Origin: Pseudomonadota bacterium
Lineage (GTDB): Bacteria; Pseudomonadota; Gammaproteobacteria; Steroidobacterales; Steroidobacteraceae
Length of the DNA stretch: 37,911 bases
Direction: 5' to 3'
Assembly (NCBI GenBank): GCA_003242495.1
Contig: QGUO01000001.1
Coordinates: 1 to 37,911, forward strand
A program made the position numbers and the translations under genes. Shown here one piece after another: positions 19,401 to 28,633 of this stretch. A model generated the notes under the pieces. The model had not been told where the DNA came from. It searched no databases and saw only the letters and a list, made by a program, of their open reading frames with translations. Every line of letters starts with the position of its first letter. The stretch's first letter is position 1.

Positions 19401-20950
19401 CGCGCGCCCTTGCGCCCGCGCACCAGCCGGTTGACGGCATCGTGATGGATGAGCGCGCCCTGGCGTCCGCGGCGGGTGGTGAAGCCCTCCGCGAGCATGC
19501 GCAACACCTCGTCGAACTGCTCGCGTGGCAGATCGCGATAGGGCCAGGCATGACGCACCAGGTCGAACAGGGCCTGCTCCGGAATTTCGCGCGCGGCCGC
19601 TTCGGCCACGATCTGCTGCGCCAGTACGTCGATCGCATTGCGCGGAATCTTCAGCTGGTCGAGCTCGCCGCGTCGCACACAATCGAGCAGCGCAGTGCAT
19701 TCCACCAGCTCGTCGCGTGACAGCGGAAACAATCGGCCCTTGGGCGTTCCGCCCACGGCATGGCCCGAGCGGCCGACGCGCTGCAGGAAGGCATTGATGG
19801 AGCGCGGCGAGCCGATCTGGCAGACCAGGTCCACGTCGCCGATGTCGATGCCGAGCTCGAGCGAGGCGGTGGCGACCAGCGCCTTGAGCTCGCCGCGCTT
19901 GAGACGCTGCTCGGCATCGAAGCGCAGCTCCTTGGCGAGGCTGCCGTGGTGCGCGGCGATCAGCGAGGGTTCGCGCGCGGCTTTTCGCCGGCTGTCCGCG
20001 GCGAGCTGGGCGCTGGCCACGACCACGCCGCCGTCGCCCTGCGTCGGTGAGTCGATGCGTTCGGAAAGGTGTCGCGACACCCGCTCGGCCAGGCGTCGCG
20101 TATTCACGAACACCAGGGTGGTGCGGTGCTCGCGGATGAGCTGCGCCAGCCGGTCGTACACCTGTGTCCAGACCTCGCCGGACATGACCGCCTCGAGCGG
20201 CGCATCGGGCAGCTCCAGCGCCAGGTCGCGGCGACGCACGTGGCCGCTGTCCACGATGGTGCAGTCGGGCGTCCCGTCGTCCCGGACGTAACGCCCGCCC
20301 ACCAGGAAGCGCGCGACCTCCTCGATGGGCTTCTGCGTCGCCGACAGGCCGATGCGCGTCAGGCGCCGGCCGGTCAGCGCTGCGAGCCGCTCGAGCGACA
20401 GGGCGAGATGCAGGCCGCGCTTGTTGCCGGCGACGGCGTGGATCTCGTCGACGATGACGCTGCGCGTCGTGGCCAGCATCTCGCGCCCGGACTGCGAGCC
20501 GAGCAGGATGTACAGCGACTCGGGCGTGGTGACCACGATGTGCGGCGGCTTGCGGCGCATCTGGGCACGCTGGTACTGCGGCGTGTCGCCCGTGCGTACC
20601 CAGGTGCGGATCTCCACGTCACGTACGGTGTGCGCGCGCAGCGCCTCGCGAATGCCCGCCAGCGGCTGCTCGAGGTTGCGGTGGATGTCGTTCGACAGCG
20701 CCTTGAGCGGCGAGACGTACACGATCCGCGTCTCGTCGGGCAGGCCCCACTGCGCGCCCTCGCGCACCAGCTCGTCGATGGCCGCAAGAAAGGCGGCCAG
20801 GGTCTTGCCGGAACCCGTGGGCGCGGCGATCAGTACGTGTTTTCCTGACTGAATGGCCGGCCACGCCTGCGCCTGTGCCGGTGTGGGCGCGGCGAACGCC
20901 TGGCGGAACCAGGCGTCGACGGCCGGGTGGAAGGGAAGCTGGCTATTCAT
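16490..20950 (-). CDS. lhr: Lhr family SF2 (DEAH-like) helicase, long form with C-terminal extension
   Basis: [55 protein letters not shown], plus C-terminal [20 protein letters not shown] and SAADPLNL.G. 1486 aa. Confidence 0.92.
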   Translation of the reverse strand: MNSQLPFHPAVDAWFRQAFAAPTPAQAQAWPAIQSGKHVLIAAPTGSGKTLAAFLAAIDELVREGAQWGLPDETRIVYVSPLKALSNDIHRNLEQPLAGIREALRAHTVRDVEIRTWVRTGDTPQYQRAQMRRKPPHIVVTTPESLYILLGSQSGREMLATTRSVIVDEIHAVAGNKRGLHLALSLERLAALTGRRLTRIGLSATQKPIEEVARFLVGGRYVRDDGTPDCTIVDSGHVRRRDLALELPDAPLEAVMSGEVWTQVYDRLAQLIREHRTTLVFVNTRRLAERVSRHLSERIDSPTQGDGGVVVASAQLAADSRRKAAREPSLIAAHHGSLAKELRFDAEQRLKRGELKALVATASLELGIDIGDVDLVCQIGSPRSINAFLQRVGRSGHAVGGTPKGRLFPLSRDELVECTALLDCVRRGELDQLKIPRNAIDVLAQQIVAEAAAREIPEQALFDLVRHAWPYRDLPREQFDEVLRMLAEGFTTRRGRQGALIHHDAVNRLVRGRKGARLTALTSGGAIPDTADYQVMLEPQGQLIGTVNEDFAVESMAGDIFQLGNASYRILRVERSLVRVEDAHGEAPNIPFWLGEAPGRTDELSAAVARLRGELERRLGGDDGGPADAGRLASARDWLTDTLGISPAAALQLVEYLAAGHAALGCLPTQDTVVFERFFDEAGGMQLVIHSPFGSRINRAWGLALRKRFCRTFNFELQAAATEDTIVLSLTTAHSFELKDVARYLHPETAREVLIQALLAAPMFTTRWRWDASIALALPRFRGGKKVPPPLARMNAEDLLASVFPDQVACGENIVGDIVVPDHPLVQQTVRDCLEEAMDIEGFERLLRGLVSGAIRVVARDLTEPSPLALEVLSARPYAYLDDAPLEERRTQAVMSRRWMDPRSAADIGKLDADAIERVRTEAWPDAGSADELHDALLWLTFMTEGEIERSTIWPGLIRTLMTQRRVVRVRRSDLQGSGDADGQGGTLYIAAERQALFRALFPQAELAPVVEVPATHARAWSREEALVAAVRGRLEGSGPTTAAALATALGVPTRDIDAALGALEAEGSAMRGRFTPQGGAEQEWCDRRLLARIHRYTVRRLRAEIEPVQARDFLRFLLGWQRVAPAARMQGPDAVAAVLAQLEGFEGAAGAWETEILPARIADYEPSWLDEQCLAGRIVWSRLAARNGDAERGAAPVRATPIALLARRNVRMWSGFTDPAARTQLTAKARQVCEFLQAHGASFFDEIVEGAGLLPSQVEDALAELVALGIVNSDSFGGLRALLVPAERRRPSARDARRRRRIAIFGMQDAGRWALVRRGPATLPGAEEIEHVCRALLQRWGVVFWKLLEREADWLPPWRELLMCLRRLEARGEIRGGRFVAGFSGEQFALPEAVAPLREARRQPDRGELVSLSAADPLNLVGILTPGGRLPSLTGNRLLYRDGLPIAVYAGGEVRFLEPVEDGAQWTLRNALLRRQVPAPLADLA

Positions 20951-21172
20951 ACAGGAAAGCCTAGCTTACTCCTCCGAATGCGGTTGTCGAGTTGCGTCGC
21001 TGTGTCCCTTTCCGTGGCGGAACGCGCTGCGCGCACGGCCGGACGCTGCCACGGGCCAGAGAGGGACGGCTGGCCGGACCGAAACGCCGGCGTGGCGCAG
21101 CGAACGATGCGGCCGGTCCAGGCGCGGCCTTGCGGGCGGCATCGCGAGCCATCCGGATGGCGCCCCGAAGGC

Positions 21173-21207
21173 AAAAAAAAGAGGCGCCCATCCCGGGGCG
21201 CCTCTTC
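21173..21207 (-). terminator. Rho-independent terminator of the beta-barrel gene
   Basis: Minus strand: GAGGCGCCC / GGGCGCCTC stem followed by a T run (A8 at 21173-21180 on the plus strand), about 20 bp after the stop codon. Confidence 0.88.
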
Positions 21208-21227
21208 GTGTCCGCCGAACCGGCTGC

Positions 21228-21797
21228 TTACAGAGCGAAGTTCAGGCGGCCGCCGATCATGAACGTGGTGAAGTCGTCGCTGAACTCCACTTCCGCCGAC
21301 AGCGCGAAGGTGTCCGTGAGGAAGTAGCGGCCCGACAGGACGCCGCTGGTCTCGTCGCTGCGGTCGTCGAAGTTGACGTGGCGCAGCCCGCCCTGCGCTT
21401 CGAAGCGCTCGCCGATGCGGCCGCGCAGTCCCAGGCCCAGCGCGAAGCCGTCGTCGTCGTAGCGCCCGATCTCCTGCCTCACGTAGGAGAGCGTGCCGAC
21501 GAGATCGAGGTTCGACTGCAGCGGCCAGTTCAGCCCGGCGCCCACCTCGTAGGACTCCAGGTCGACACCGTCGAGATCCTGGTCCGAGAATGTCGCAAAG
21601 ACATGGACCATGTCCGTCACGGCCAGCGAGCCGCGCAGGCCGAAGCCGTCACCGTCGATGTTGGGCGAGTCCACGTCGGTGCGGACGTAACCCGCTTCGA
21701 CGTAGGTGTAGCTGAGCCCCTCGGCGGCGAGCGCCTGGCCCGCGAAGCCGGTCAAGCCCATCGCTGCGATCGATCCCAAGAGAATGCGCTTGCGCAT
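21228..21797 (-). CDS. Small outer-membrane beta-barrel protein, Ax21/Omp1X-like
   Basis: Signal peptide ending AGQALA. Mature N-terminus AEGLSYTYVEAGYV resembles the Ax21-family AENLSYNFVEGDYV (recalled, not aligned). Alternating amphipathic strands and a GGAGGG RBS. Confidence 0.8.
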   Translation of the reverse strand: MRKRILLGSIAAMGLTGFAGQALAAEGLSYTYVEAGYVRTDVDSPNIDGDGFGLRGSLAVTDMVHVFATFSDQDLDGVDLESYEVGAGLNWPLQSNLDLVGTLSYVRQEIGRYDDDGFALGLGLRGRIGERFEAQGGLRHVNFDDRSDETSGVLSGRYFLTDTFALSAEVEFSDDFTTFMIGGRLNFAL

Positions 21798-21889
21798 GTA
21801 CCCTCCAAAATGTGCCTTCGAAGCCGAACCATGGACGGCGCACGTTGGCGGCCATTGTGTTGGTTCGGCGCAACTGGCCGATTGGCCAG

Positions 21890-21903
21890 GCGGGCGCATT
21901 ATA
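21890..21903 (-). promoter_or_regulatory. sigma70 -10 box for the beta-barrel gene
   Basis: Perfect TATAAT (21903-21898) followed by GC-rich GCGCCCGC. The -35 position is poor (ATGGAA), suggesting activator dependence. Confidence 0.55.
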
Positions 21904-22031
21904 GAGGGCGATGGGAAAACTTCCATGTCTTTCGTGGCTTACGCACATATCCTCTGATTATTTAGCAATTCACGTGCGTTGCTGATCTGCGACAGGCCAT
22001 TTCCCTGATGCGGTCGGCGCCGCGGCCGGGC

Positions 22032-22068
22032 TTGGTTCCTGGCCGGTGCCCGGCATACTTCGCCCCTT
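22032..22068 (+). promoter_or_regulatory. Candidate sigma70 promoter for yciI
   Basis: TTGGTT-N16-CATACT followed by TCGCCCCTT. Confidence 0.3.
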
Positions 22069-22104
22069 TCCGATCGACGGCTTCAGGCCCAGGGAGACGC
22101 TCGT

Positions 22105-22482
22105 ATGCAGTACGCCATCCTTTGTTACCACTCGGAGAAAGTGGTCAACGCCTGGACCCCGGAGGAGGATGCCGCGACCATGGAGCGCCTGGCGGCCGTC
22201 CAGGAAGGACTTGCACGGCGCGGCAAGCTGGGCCCCGTCGCCCGGCTGATGCCCACCAGCACGGCCACCACGCTCAGGAAGGATGGCGAGCCGCCCGTGG
22301 TGCTCGACGGTCCCTTCGCGGAGACCAAGGAGCAGCTCCTGGGGTTCTACATCGTGGACTGTGAGTCGCGGGAAGAAGCGCTCGAGATCGCGCGCGAGCT
22401 CGGTCGCGCCAATCCTGGCGGCGCGTACGAGATCCGCCCCGTCGCCTACCTGAGACCGGCCGGCGAGGCGCCCGCGTCCTGA
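22105..22482 (+). CDS. YciI family (DGPF-type) protein
   Basis: ATTLR...VLDGPFAETKEQLLGFYIVDC.S.EEA and YEIRP. AGGGAG RBS. Confidence 0.92.
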   Translation: MQYAILCYHSEKVVNAWTPEEDAATMERLAAVQEGLARRGKLGPVARLMPTSTATTLRKDGEPPVVLDGPFAETKEQLLGFYIVDCESREEALEIARELGRANPGGAYEIRPVAYLRPAGEAPAS

Positions 22483-22492
22483 GACCGGCGTC

Positions 22493-23191
22493 TCAGCCGC
22501 CCTTCAAGTCCTGGTCGCGAAAGCCGAACAGCCGCTTGAGGTCCTCGTCACTCGGCGGCGGCGCGGACTTTACCCAGTCCTCGCCCACGGCGGTGCCGCG
22601 CTCGACGGCGGGACGCGCCGCGATCGCCTCGAACCAGCGCTTCACATTGGGATAATCGTTCAGGTCCAGGCCCTGCCAGTCGTAGCGATACACCCAGGGC
22701 CAGCATGCGATGTCCGCGATGGAGTATTCGCCGGCCAGGTACTCGCGGTCGGCAAGGCGCGTATCCATCACCTTGTAGAGCCGTGCGACCTCGGTGCCGA
22801 AGCGGTGCATGGCGTACTCCACCTTGACCGGCGCGTACCTGAGGAAGTGGTGCGCCTGGCCGGCGATCGGGCCCAGCCCGCCGATCTGCCAATACAGCCA
22901 CTTCAGCACTTCGTACTTGCCGCGCGGGTCGGTCGGCAGGAGCTTGCCAGACTTCTCCGCCAGGTATTGCAGGATGGCGCCGGACTCGAACAGCGCCAGC
23001 GGCCCGCCCGCTGCGTCCTGGTCGACGATCGCGGGAATCTTGCCGTTCGGACTGATCGCGAGGAACTCCGGCCGGAACTGGTCGCCCTTGTTGATGTTGA
23101 CCGGAATCGCGCGCCAGGGCAGCCCGCATTCTTCCAGCATGATGGTGATCTTCTTGCCGTTGCCCGTGGGCCAGAGATAAGCGTCGATCAA
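22493..23191 (-). CDS. Glutathione S-transferase, YfcG/YghU-like
   Basis: T.NG.KI.IMLEE, ISPNGKIPAIVD, FESGAIL.YLAEK, GLGP.AGQ.HHF, YLAGEYSIADIACWPW. TTG start after GGGAG. Confidence 0.92.
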   Translation of the reverse strand: MIDAYLWPTGNGKKITIMLEECGLPWRAIPVNINKGDQFRPEFLAISPNGKIPAIVDQDAAGGPLALFESGAILQYLAEKSGKLLPTDPRGKYEVLKWLYWQIGGLGPIAGQAHHFLRYAPVKVEYAMHRFGTEVARLYKVMDTRLADREYLAGEYSIADIACWPWVYRYDWQGLDLNDYPNVKRWFEAIAARPAVERGTAVGEDWVKSAPPPSDEDLKRLFGFRDQDLKGG

Positions 23192-23433
23192 TTCGAAGTC
23201 TCCCGTGCGTCTGCCGGGTAGGCAGAGCGAGGATCGGCGTCACGCAACGTGAAACCGAGTCGTTTCCGCGGTCGCGCCACCTCGCAGCCAGGTGGCATCG
23301 AAAGGCCCTTGTAGCGCCCTCCCGCCGCCCTGTCCATGCAAGCGCATACAGGCCATGCCCGGCAACCCTCGGATATGCGGCTGGCTGCCGCGGCCGCACG
23401 CTGCCGCCGCGGCGCATTCAGACCCTCACGCGC

Positions 23434-24903
23434 TCAGTTGCCTGTCCGGGCCAGCGGGGTGCCGGGCGGTAACGGCCGGAAGCCACCGCCCAGCGCCTTG
23501 TAGGCGGCGAGCAGCGCCGTCGCCGTGCGGGTACGGCTCAGCGCGAGCCGGTCCTCCGCCTCGAGCACGCTGCGCTCGGCGTCGAGCACCGCCAGGAAAT
23601 CCTCCGCGCCGTTCTCGAAGCGCACGCGCGCCAACCGGGCGGCCGCGACGGATGCGGCCGCGCTGCGCTCGAGGTGCTCGCGCCGGGCGAGCGCCTTGAT
23701 GTAATCCGTGAGACTGGCGTCGGTTTCTTCCAGCGCGCGCAGCACGCTGCGCTCGTAGCGTGCAAGCGCGCCCTGCGCCGCGGCTTCGCTCTGGAGAATG
23801 CGCTGGCGCACACGCCCGAGATCGAAGGCCGCCCACTGGATGCTCGGCCCGAAGGCATAACTCTCGCTGCCGCTCGAGCCGAGATCGCCGCTGCTGCTCG
23901 CGTCCGCGGCCCAGCGTCCGACGAAGGACACCCGCGGGAACAGGTCGGCCACGGCCAGGCCGATGCGCGCCGTCGCCGCCGCGAGCTCGCGCTCGGCGAT
24001 GCGGATGTCGGGCCGCCGGCGCAGCAGCGCCTCCGGCGTGCCGATGCCGTGAGTCGCCGGCAGCTCCGGCAGCGGTGCGGGCTGCGACAAGCTCGCGAGC
24101 AGGCTTTGCGGCCCTTGTCCGGTCAACACGCCGAGGCGCAGGATGGCGCGCATGATGGAGGCTTCGAGCTCCGGAATCGTGCCGAGGGTGGCGCTGAGCT
24201 GCGCCTGTGCACGTGCCGTATCGAGCTCGGTGCCACGGCCGGCCTGCAGACGCGCCGTCGTGATGCGCAGGGTCTCGCGCTGGTTCTCGGCATTGCGGCG
24301 CGCGACCTCCAGACGTTGCTGGTCGCCGCGCAGCTCGAAGTAGTTGCGTGCGACCTCGGCCGTCACGCTCACTTGCGCATCGTAGACACCGTTGAGGGCC
24401 GCGTCCGCCTGGGCGGCGCGCGCCTCGACGGCCCGGCGTGTGCGACCGAAGAAGTCGAGCTCCCAGAAGGCATCGAAGCCGGCCTGGTAGTAGTCCTGGT
24501 CGCGGTCGATGCCGCTGCCCGGCGGCGCCTGGCGCAGGCTGGCCCGCGACTCGGTGCGATCGCCCGAGGCCGTCACCGTGGGCGCCAGGTCGAGCTGCGT
24601 CTCGCCGCGCAGCGCCCGCGCCTCGAGCAGGCGGGCCGTGGCGATGCGGATGTCGTGGTTGGCGGCGAGCGCCTGTTCGATCAGCTCCTCGAGCGTCGCA
24701 TCGCCGAAGGCGCGCCAGAACTCGCGCTGCACCTCGGCCGTCGTAAAGCGCGCGTGATCGGCGCCCAGAAAGGCGTCGGGCGCCTGCACGGCGGGCGGAC
24801 GGTAATCGGGTCCGACGGCGCAGGCCGACAGCACGGCAAGCGCAAGCGGCGCGAGCAGCGGTCGCAGCGTCCGCGAGGTCGCGCGTAACGGGGCCGGTGA
24901 CAT
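23434..24903 (-). CDS. Efflux outer-membrane factor lipoprotein, TolC/NodT/OprN family
   Basis: Lipobox LSAC-AVGPDY, WELDFFGR.RR, V.AEVARNYFELRG, LLRRRPDI..AER.LAAA.A.IG.A.ADLFP, YKALGGG. Confidence 0.94.
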   Translation of the reverse strand: MSPAPLRATSRTLRPLLAPLALAVLSACAVGPDYRPPAVQAPDAFLGADHARFTTAEVQREFWRAFGDATLEELIEQALAANHDIRIATARLLEARALRGETQLDLAPTVTASGDRTESRASLRQAPPGSGIDRDQDYYQAGFDAFWELDFFGRTRRAVEARAAQADAALNGVYDAQVSVTAEVARNYFELRGDQQRLEVARRNAENQRETLRITTARLQAGRGTELDTARAQAQLSATLGTIPELEASIMRAILRLGVLTGQGPQSLLASLSQPAPLPELPATHGIGTPEALLRRRPDIRIAERELAAATARIGLAVADLFPRVSFVGRWAADASSSGDLGSSGSESYAFGPSIQWAAFDLGRVRQRILQSEAAAQGALARYERSVLRALEETDASLTDYIKALARREHLERSAAASVAAARLARVRFENGAEDFLAVLDAERSVLEAEDRLALSRTRTATALLAAYKALGGGFRPLPPGTPLARTGN

Positions 24904-25065
24904 GATGATGCTCCTGGAGTGCCTGACCGAGCGGGCACTCTAGAAAGCCCGGCGCCCACGGCCAATCGGCTCTCGCGCACTTCTTTCGTGAACGAAGCTC
25001 AGGAATCCCACACGCCAGCCGTGCTGCGCTGCGCGCCGACCCTCTCGACTATCAGCGCTTTGGGA

Positions 25066-26073
25066 CTACTGGCGCGCCGGCGAGGTCCTGGTGCGCCGGC
25101 TCGCGGCGCTGGGGGCGCTTCGGGTTCGCATCATGCTGAAGGGCGGAGCGGCTTCCCGTGCAGGCGCCGCGTCGGTCGTCTCCTGCGGGAACAGCGTGCT
25201 CACGAAGTCGACGAAGGCGCGGATCTTGGCCGTGGGTTGACGATGGTGGGGATACACCACGGAGACCGGCCACCACGCGCCCTCGTTCCAGTCTTCGAGG
25301 ACCGGGACCAGGAGGCCCGCCGCAATCTGCGCCTCCACGGTGAAATCGAGCGTCCGCACGAAGCCGGCGCCCGCGACCGCTGCGATCACGGCGGCTTCCG
25401 GGTCGCTGAACTGCAGCGGCGCCGTCGGTCGCACGGTGTGCTCGACGCCGTCCTTGCGGAACAGCCAGTCGCGCACCTGGTGATTGCCCGCCTTGAACAT
25501 CGCGATGCAGTGCTCGGGCGCAAGATCCTCGGGCGTGCGCGGCACGCCCATGCGCTCGATGAACTCCGGCGAGGCGCAGGTCACGCCGCGCAGTCGTCCG
25601 ACGCGGCGCGCGACCAGGCTGGAGTCGCCGAGGTTGCCGACTCGCAGCCCGGCATCGATGCCCTCCTGTACCAGATCCACCAGGCGATCGTTCATACTCA
25701 CCTGCACGCTCAGCTCGGGATGCTGCAGCAGGAAGCGCGGCAAGGCCGGCACGATCAGCCGTCGTCCGAGCGACACGGGCATGTCCACGCGCAGGCGGCC
25801 CCGCGGGACGCCGCGTGCCTCGGACACTTCGTTCTCCGCCTGGTCGAGTTGCTCGAGCGCATCCCGGCAACGCTCGTAGTAATTGAGGCCCACATCCGTC
25901 AGGCTCAGCGAACGTGTGGTGCGGTTCAGCAGTCGTGCGCCGAGCCGCTCCTCGAGCCGGCTCACCGCCTTGCTGATCGCCGAGGGCGACATGCCCAGTG
26001 TCTGGGCAGCAGCGACGAAACTGTGGGCCTCGACCACCCGCACGAAGGCGACGATATCGCTGAAGTTGTTCAA
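25066..26073 (-). CDS. LysR family transcriptional regulator (DmlR/CrgA-like)
   Basis: HTH FVRVVEA.SF..AA..LGMSPSAISKAVSRLEERLGARLLNRTTRSLSLT, PRGRLRV, DLVQEGID. Probable TTG start at 26073. Confidence 0.92.
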   Translation of the reverse strand: MNNFSDIVAFVRVVEAHSFVAAAQTLGMSPSAISKAVSRLEERLGARLLNRTTRSLSLTDVGLNYYERCRDALEQLDQAENEVSEARGVPRGRLRVDMPVSLGRRLIVPALPRFLLQHPELSVQVSMNDRLVDLVQEGIDAGLRVGNLGDSSLVARRVGRLRGVTCASPEFIERMGVPRTPEDLAPEHCIAMFKAGNHQVRDWLFRKDGVEHTVRPTAPLQFSDPEAAVIAAVAGAGFVRTLDFTVEAQIAAGLLVPVLEDWNEGAWWPVSVVYPHHRQPTAKIRAFVDFVSTLFPQETTDAAPAREAAPPFSMMRTRSAPSAASRRTRTSPARQ

Positions 26074-26154
26074 TCGAGCCGTTCCGCAGGTGCCAGGACT
26101 GGGGTGGCGGACATTGTAGGCGAGCGATTGATGACCTGGGCGCACCACTGTATT

Positions 26155-26173
26155 GGTGAACGGATCATTTACC
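26155..26173. promoter_or_regulatory. Imperfect inverted repeat between the divergent lysR and nmrA-like genes (candidate LysR site)
   Basis: GGTGAA-N7-TTTACC, one mismatch from a palindrome, in an AT-richer patch. Confidence 0.35.
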
Positions 26174-26242
26174 GCTCCTGCGTAGCGCTTTAATGTATGG
26201 CCTCGGCATGTGCCGGGCGGCCCTGAACTTGGGGGCGATTCG

Positions 26243-27115
26243 ATGCTGCTTGTGACCGGTGGAACGGGAAATGTGGGCGGGGCGGTCTTGGCCGAACTCG
26301 CCGGCAAGCCCGTTCCCGTGCGCGCCCTGGTACGCGATCCGGCCCGGCTGCCGGCCGGGTTGTGCGGTGCGGCGGCTCCCAACATCCAAGTGGTGCAGGG
26401 CGATTTCGCGGACGCGGCCAGCCTCGGGCGCGCCCTCGAGGGCGTGGAGGCGGCCTTTCTGGCCTCGGCCCTGGGCCCGCGGATGGTCGAATTGCAGTTG
26501 CGCTTCGTCGAAGCCGCCAAGGCCGCCGGCGTCGCGCGCCTGGTGCAGCTCTCCGCCGCCGGCGCCAACCGCAACATGTGCTGCACGCGCGTGCTGCGTT
26601 GGCTGGGAGAGCTCGAATGCGGCGTGGCCGCTGCGGGTCTCGCGACCACCCACCTGCGGCCCACGGTGTTCATGCAGAACCTGTTCGAGTTTGCCGATGA
26701 CATCCGGAGCAAGGGGCTGATCGCCGGCCCGTTCCGCACCGTGAAATGGACCTGGGTCGATGCGCGTGACGTGGGTGCCGTGGCGGCTGCCACGCTGGTC
26801 GACGCCAGTCATGCCGGCCGCAGCTACACGATCACCGGCAGCGACTCGCTGAGTTACAGCGAGGTGGCCGAGCGCATGAGCGAAGTATTCGGCAGGCCGG
26901 TCCGCTACCTGGACATCACCGCCAATGAAGCGCGCGGTCGCCTGCAGGCCGCCGGCGCCTCGCCCGTCATGATCGAGGCCAAGCTGGAGCTGTGGGACGC
27001 CTGTGTCTCGAAGGTATTGAACATTCCTCCCAACGACGTGGTGCGCGAACTCACCGGTCGCGAGCCGCGCTCGCTGGAGGCCTTCCTGCGCGACTATCGC
27101 GCACGGTTCGTCTGA
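26243..27115 (+). CDS. NmrA-like / atypical SDR NAD(P)H-binding oxidoreductase
   Basis: LVTGGTGNVG, VRALVRDP, T.LRPT.FMQN, VDARDVG.VAA, GRSY.ITG, LTGREPRSLEAF. Confidence 0.9.
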   Translation: MLLVTGGTGNVGGAVLAELAGKPVPVRALVRDPARLPAGLCGAAAPNIQVVQGDFADAASLGRALEGVEAAFLASALGPRMVELQLRFVEAAKAAGVARLVQLSAAGANRNMCCTRVLRWLGELECGVAAAGLATTHLRPTVFMQNLFEFADDIRSKGLIAGPFRTVKWTWVDARDVGAVAAATLVDASHAGRSYTITGSDSLSYSEVAERMSEVFGRPVRYLDITANEARGRLQAAGASPVMIEAKLELWDACVSKVLNIPPNDVVRELTGREPRSLEAFLRDYRARFV

Positions 27116-27262
27116 GCACACCGGGTTCGCTGCGGAGCTGGCCATTCCACGGCGATGATAGCGATCTCACGCCGCGTCTCCAACGTGTGCCGGGAGCGGA
27201 TGGTGCGGCGATGACGCAATGGGCGGCCACGTCGGCTACTTGATCCGGCTTTCGAGCCGCCC

Positions 27263-28633
27263 CTAGGGCGTGACGGAAATCTCCACCGGGCGGTTGTCGC
27301 TGTCGACCGTCGTGATGGCCACCGGTCGGCGCCACACGCGCGCGATGTACTCGAGCACGCGTCGCGCGCGCTCGGTGTCGAGACCGCGGCCATCGGTCAC
27401 ATGGTCGTGCGCCAGGTCGAGCTTGCCGTCGACGTGCACATGGGCGGCGCTCACCGTGGGCGCACCGAAACCATATTTGGGTGCGAGCAGTGCGTCGTGC
27501 AGCCGGTGCAGGTCGACCTCCTGGACCGTGAGCACGCCGTTGGGTGGACCCTTGAACCGGAAGAGCTTGAGCTCCTGCGCGAGCTCGAAGGTGAGATGGT
27601 TGCGGATGAACGCGAAGTCGTCATCCTCTTCCATGATGCGCCGGGCCTGCTCCAGGCCATGTTGCTCGATGATCTTCTCCCAGATCGAGAAGCCGAGGTG
27701 GTATGGATTCGTGGTGAGCGCCACGTTCTCGCCGCTCGCCGTCGGGCGCACCACGTCCGAATGGCACTTGATGGCGTCCACGTAAGCGGCGTCCGGCAAA
27801 AAATCCGCTTCGCGCAGCAGCCGCGCGTGCCAGTACGACGCCCAGCCCTCGTTCATGATCTGGCAGGCGAACACCGGATAGAAGTAGAACGACTCTTCGC
27901 GCACCATCAGGAAAATGTCGCGCTCCCAGGGCTCCATCTCCGGCGCGTACTGGGCGATGAACCACAACAGGTCCTTCTCCGGGTGGGGCGGCACCGGGGC
28001 CCGCTTGGGCGGGCCGCTCGAGCTCGGTCGCTCGGTGTCCGGCCCTAGCGCGGCGAAGCGTCGTGCGAACTCGTCATCGGCCGGGCGCGGCCGCTCCGGC
28101 AGCAGCTCCGGATAGCGCGGGCGCCGCAAGTCCTGATCCACGTCCACGTGCTGCTCGAGGGCGAGCGCGGCATCGAGCACCGCCTCGACCCGTTCCAGGC
28201 CGTGTTCCTGGATGGCGCCCGCGATCTGCCGGGCGTGGGCCGCCGCCTGCTCCACGATGCGTTCGCCCACCTGCTGCTGGCTGCGGCGAAACAGGATGTT
28301 GTTGGCCGAGAAATCCGCGTGACCAAGCACGTGGGCCGTGACCAGCACGTTCTCCGCGACGCTGTTGTTGGCGGCGAGATAAGCGCGTCCGGGATTGCCC
28401 GGGAATACCACCTCGAACAGGCGCGACAGCCCCATCCGGTGCTGGATGAGCTGATAGATGTAGCGCACGCCGAACGACCAGTGCGGCATGCGCACCGGCA
28501 GTCCGTAGATCGCGATCTCGCTCATGAAGCTGTCGGGCACCGCCTCGAACTCCACGGGGTGATACTTGAGCCCCTGGGCGCGGGCCAGCGCCTCGATGTT
28601 CGGGATCTGCGAGCGCCAGTCTTCGATCATCAT
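27263..28633 (-). CDS. spoVR: SpoVR / YcgB family protein
   Basis: YGLP.RMPHWSFG, AHVLGHADF..NN..F, IMNEGWASYWH, NPY.LGF. ATGA overlap with the upstream gene's stop. Confidence 0.92.
   Translation of the reverse strand: MMIEDWRSQIPNIEALARAQGLKYHPVEFEAVPDSFMSEIAIYGLPVRMPHWSFGVRYIYQLIQHRMGLSRLFEVVFPGNPGRAYLAANNSVAENVLVTAHVLGHADFSANNILFRRSQQQVGERIVEQAAAHARQIAGAIQEHGLERVEAVLDAALALEQHVDVDQDLRRPRYPELLPERPRPADDEFARRFAALGPDTERPSSSGPPKRAPVPPHPEKDLLWFIAQYAPEMEPWERDIFLMVREESFYFYPVFACQIMNEGWASYWHARLLREADFLPDAAYVDAIKCHSDVVRPTASGENVALTTNPYHLGFSIWEKIIEQHGLEQARRIMEEDDDFAFIRNHLTFELAQELKLFRFKGPPNGVLTVQEVDLHRLHDALLAPKYGFGAPTVSAAHVHVDGKLDLAHDHVTDGRGLDTERARRVLEYIARVWRRPVAITTVDSDNRPVEISVTP

Noticed and set aside
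16490-20950. Lhr helicase as a possible anti-phage defence component
   Set aside because: It has the ordinary long-form Lhr repair architecture, with no neighbouring nuclease, methylase or defence-island genes.
26074-26793. 575-aa LysR ORF
   Set aside because: The extension is antisense to the nmrA-like gene. The LysR HTH begins at about 26073.
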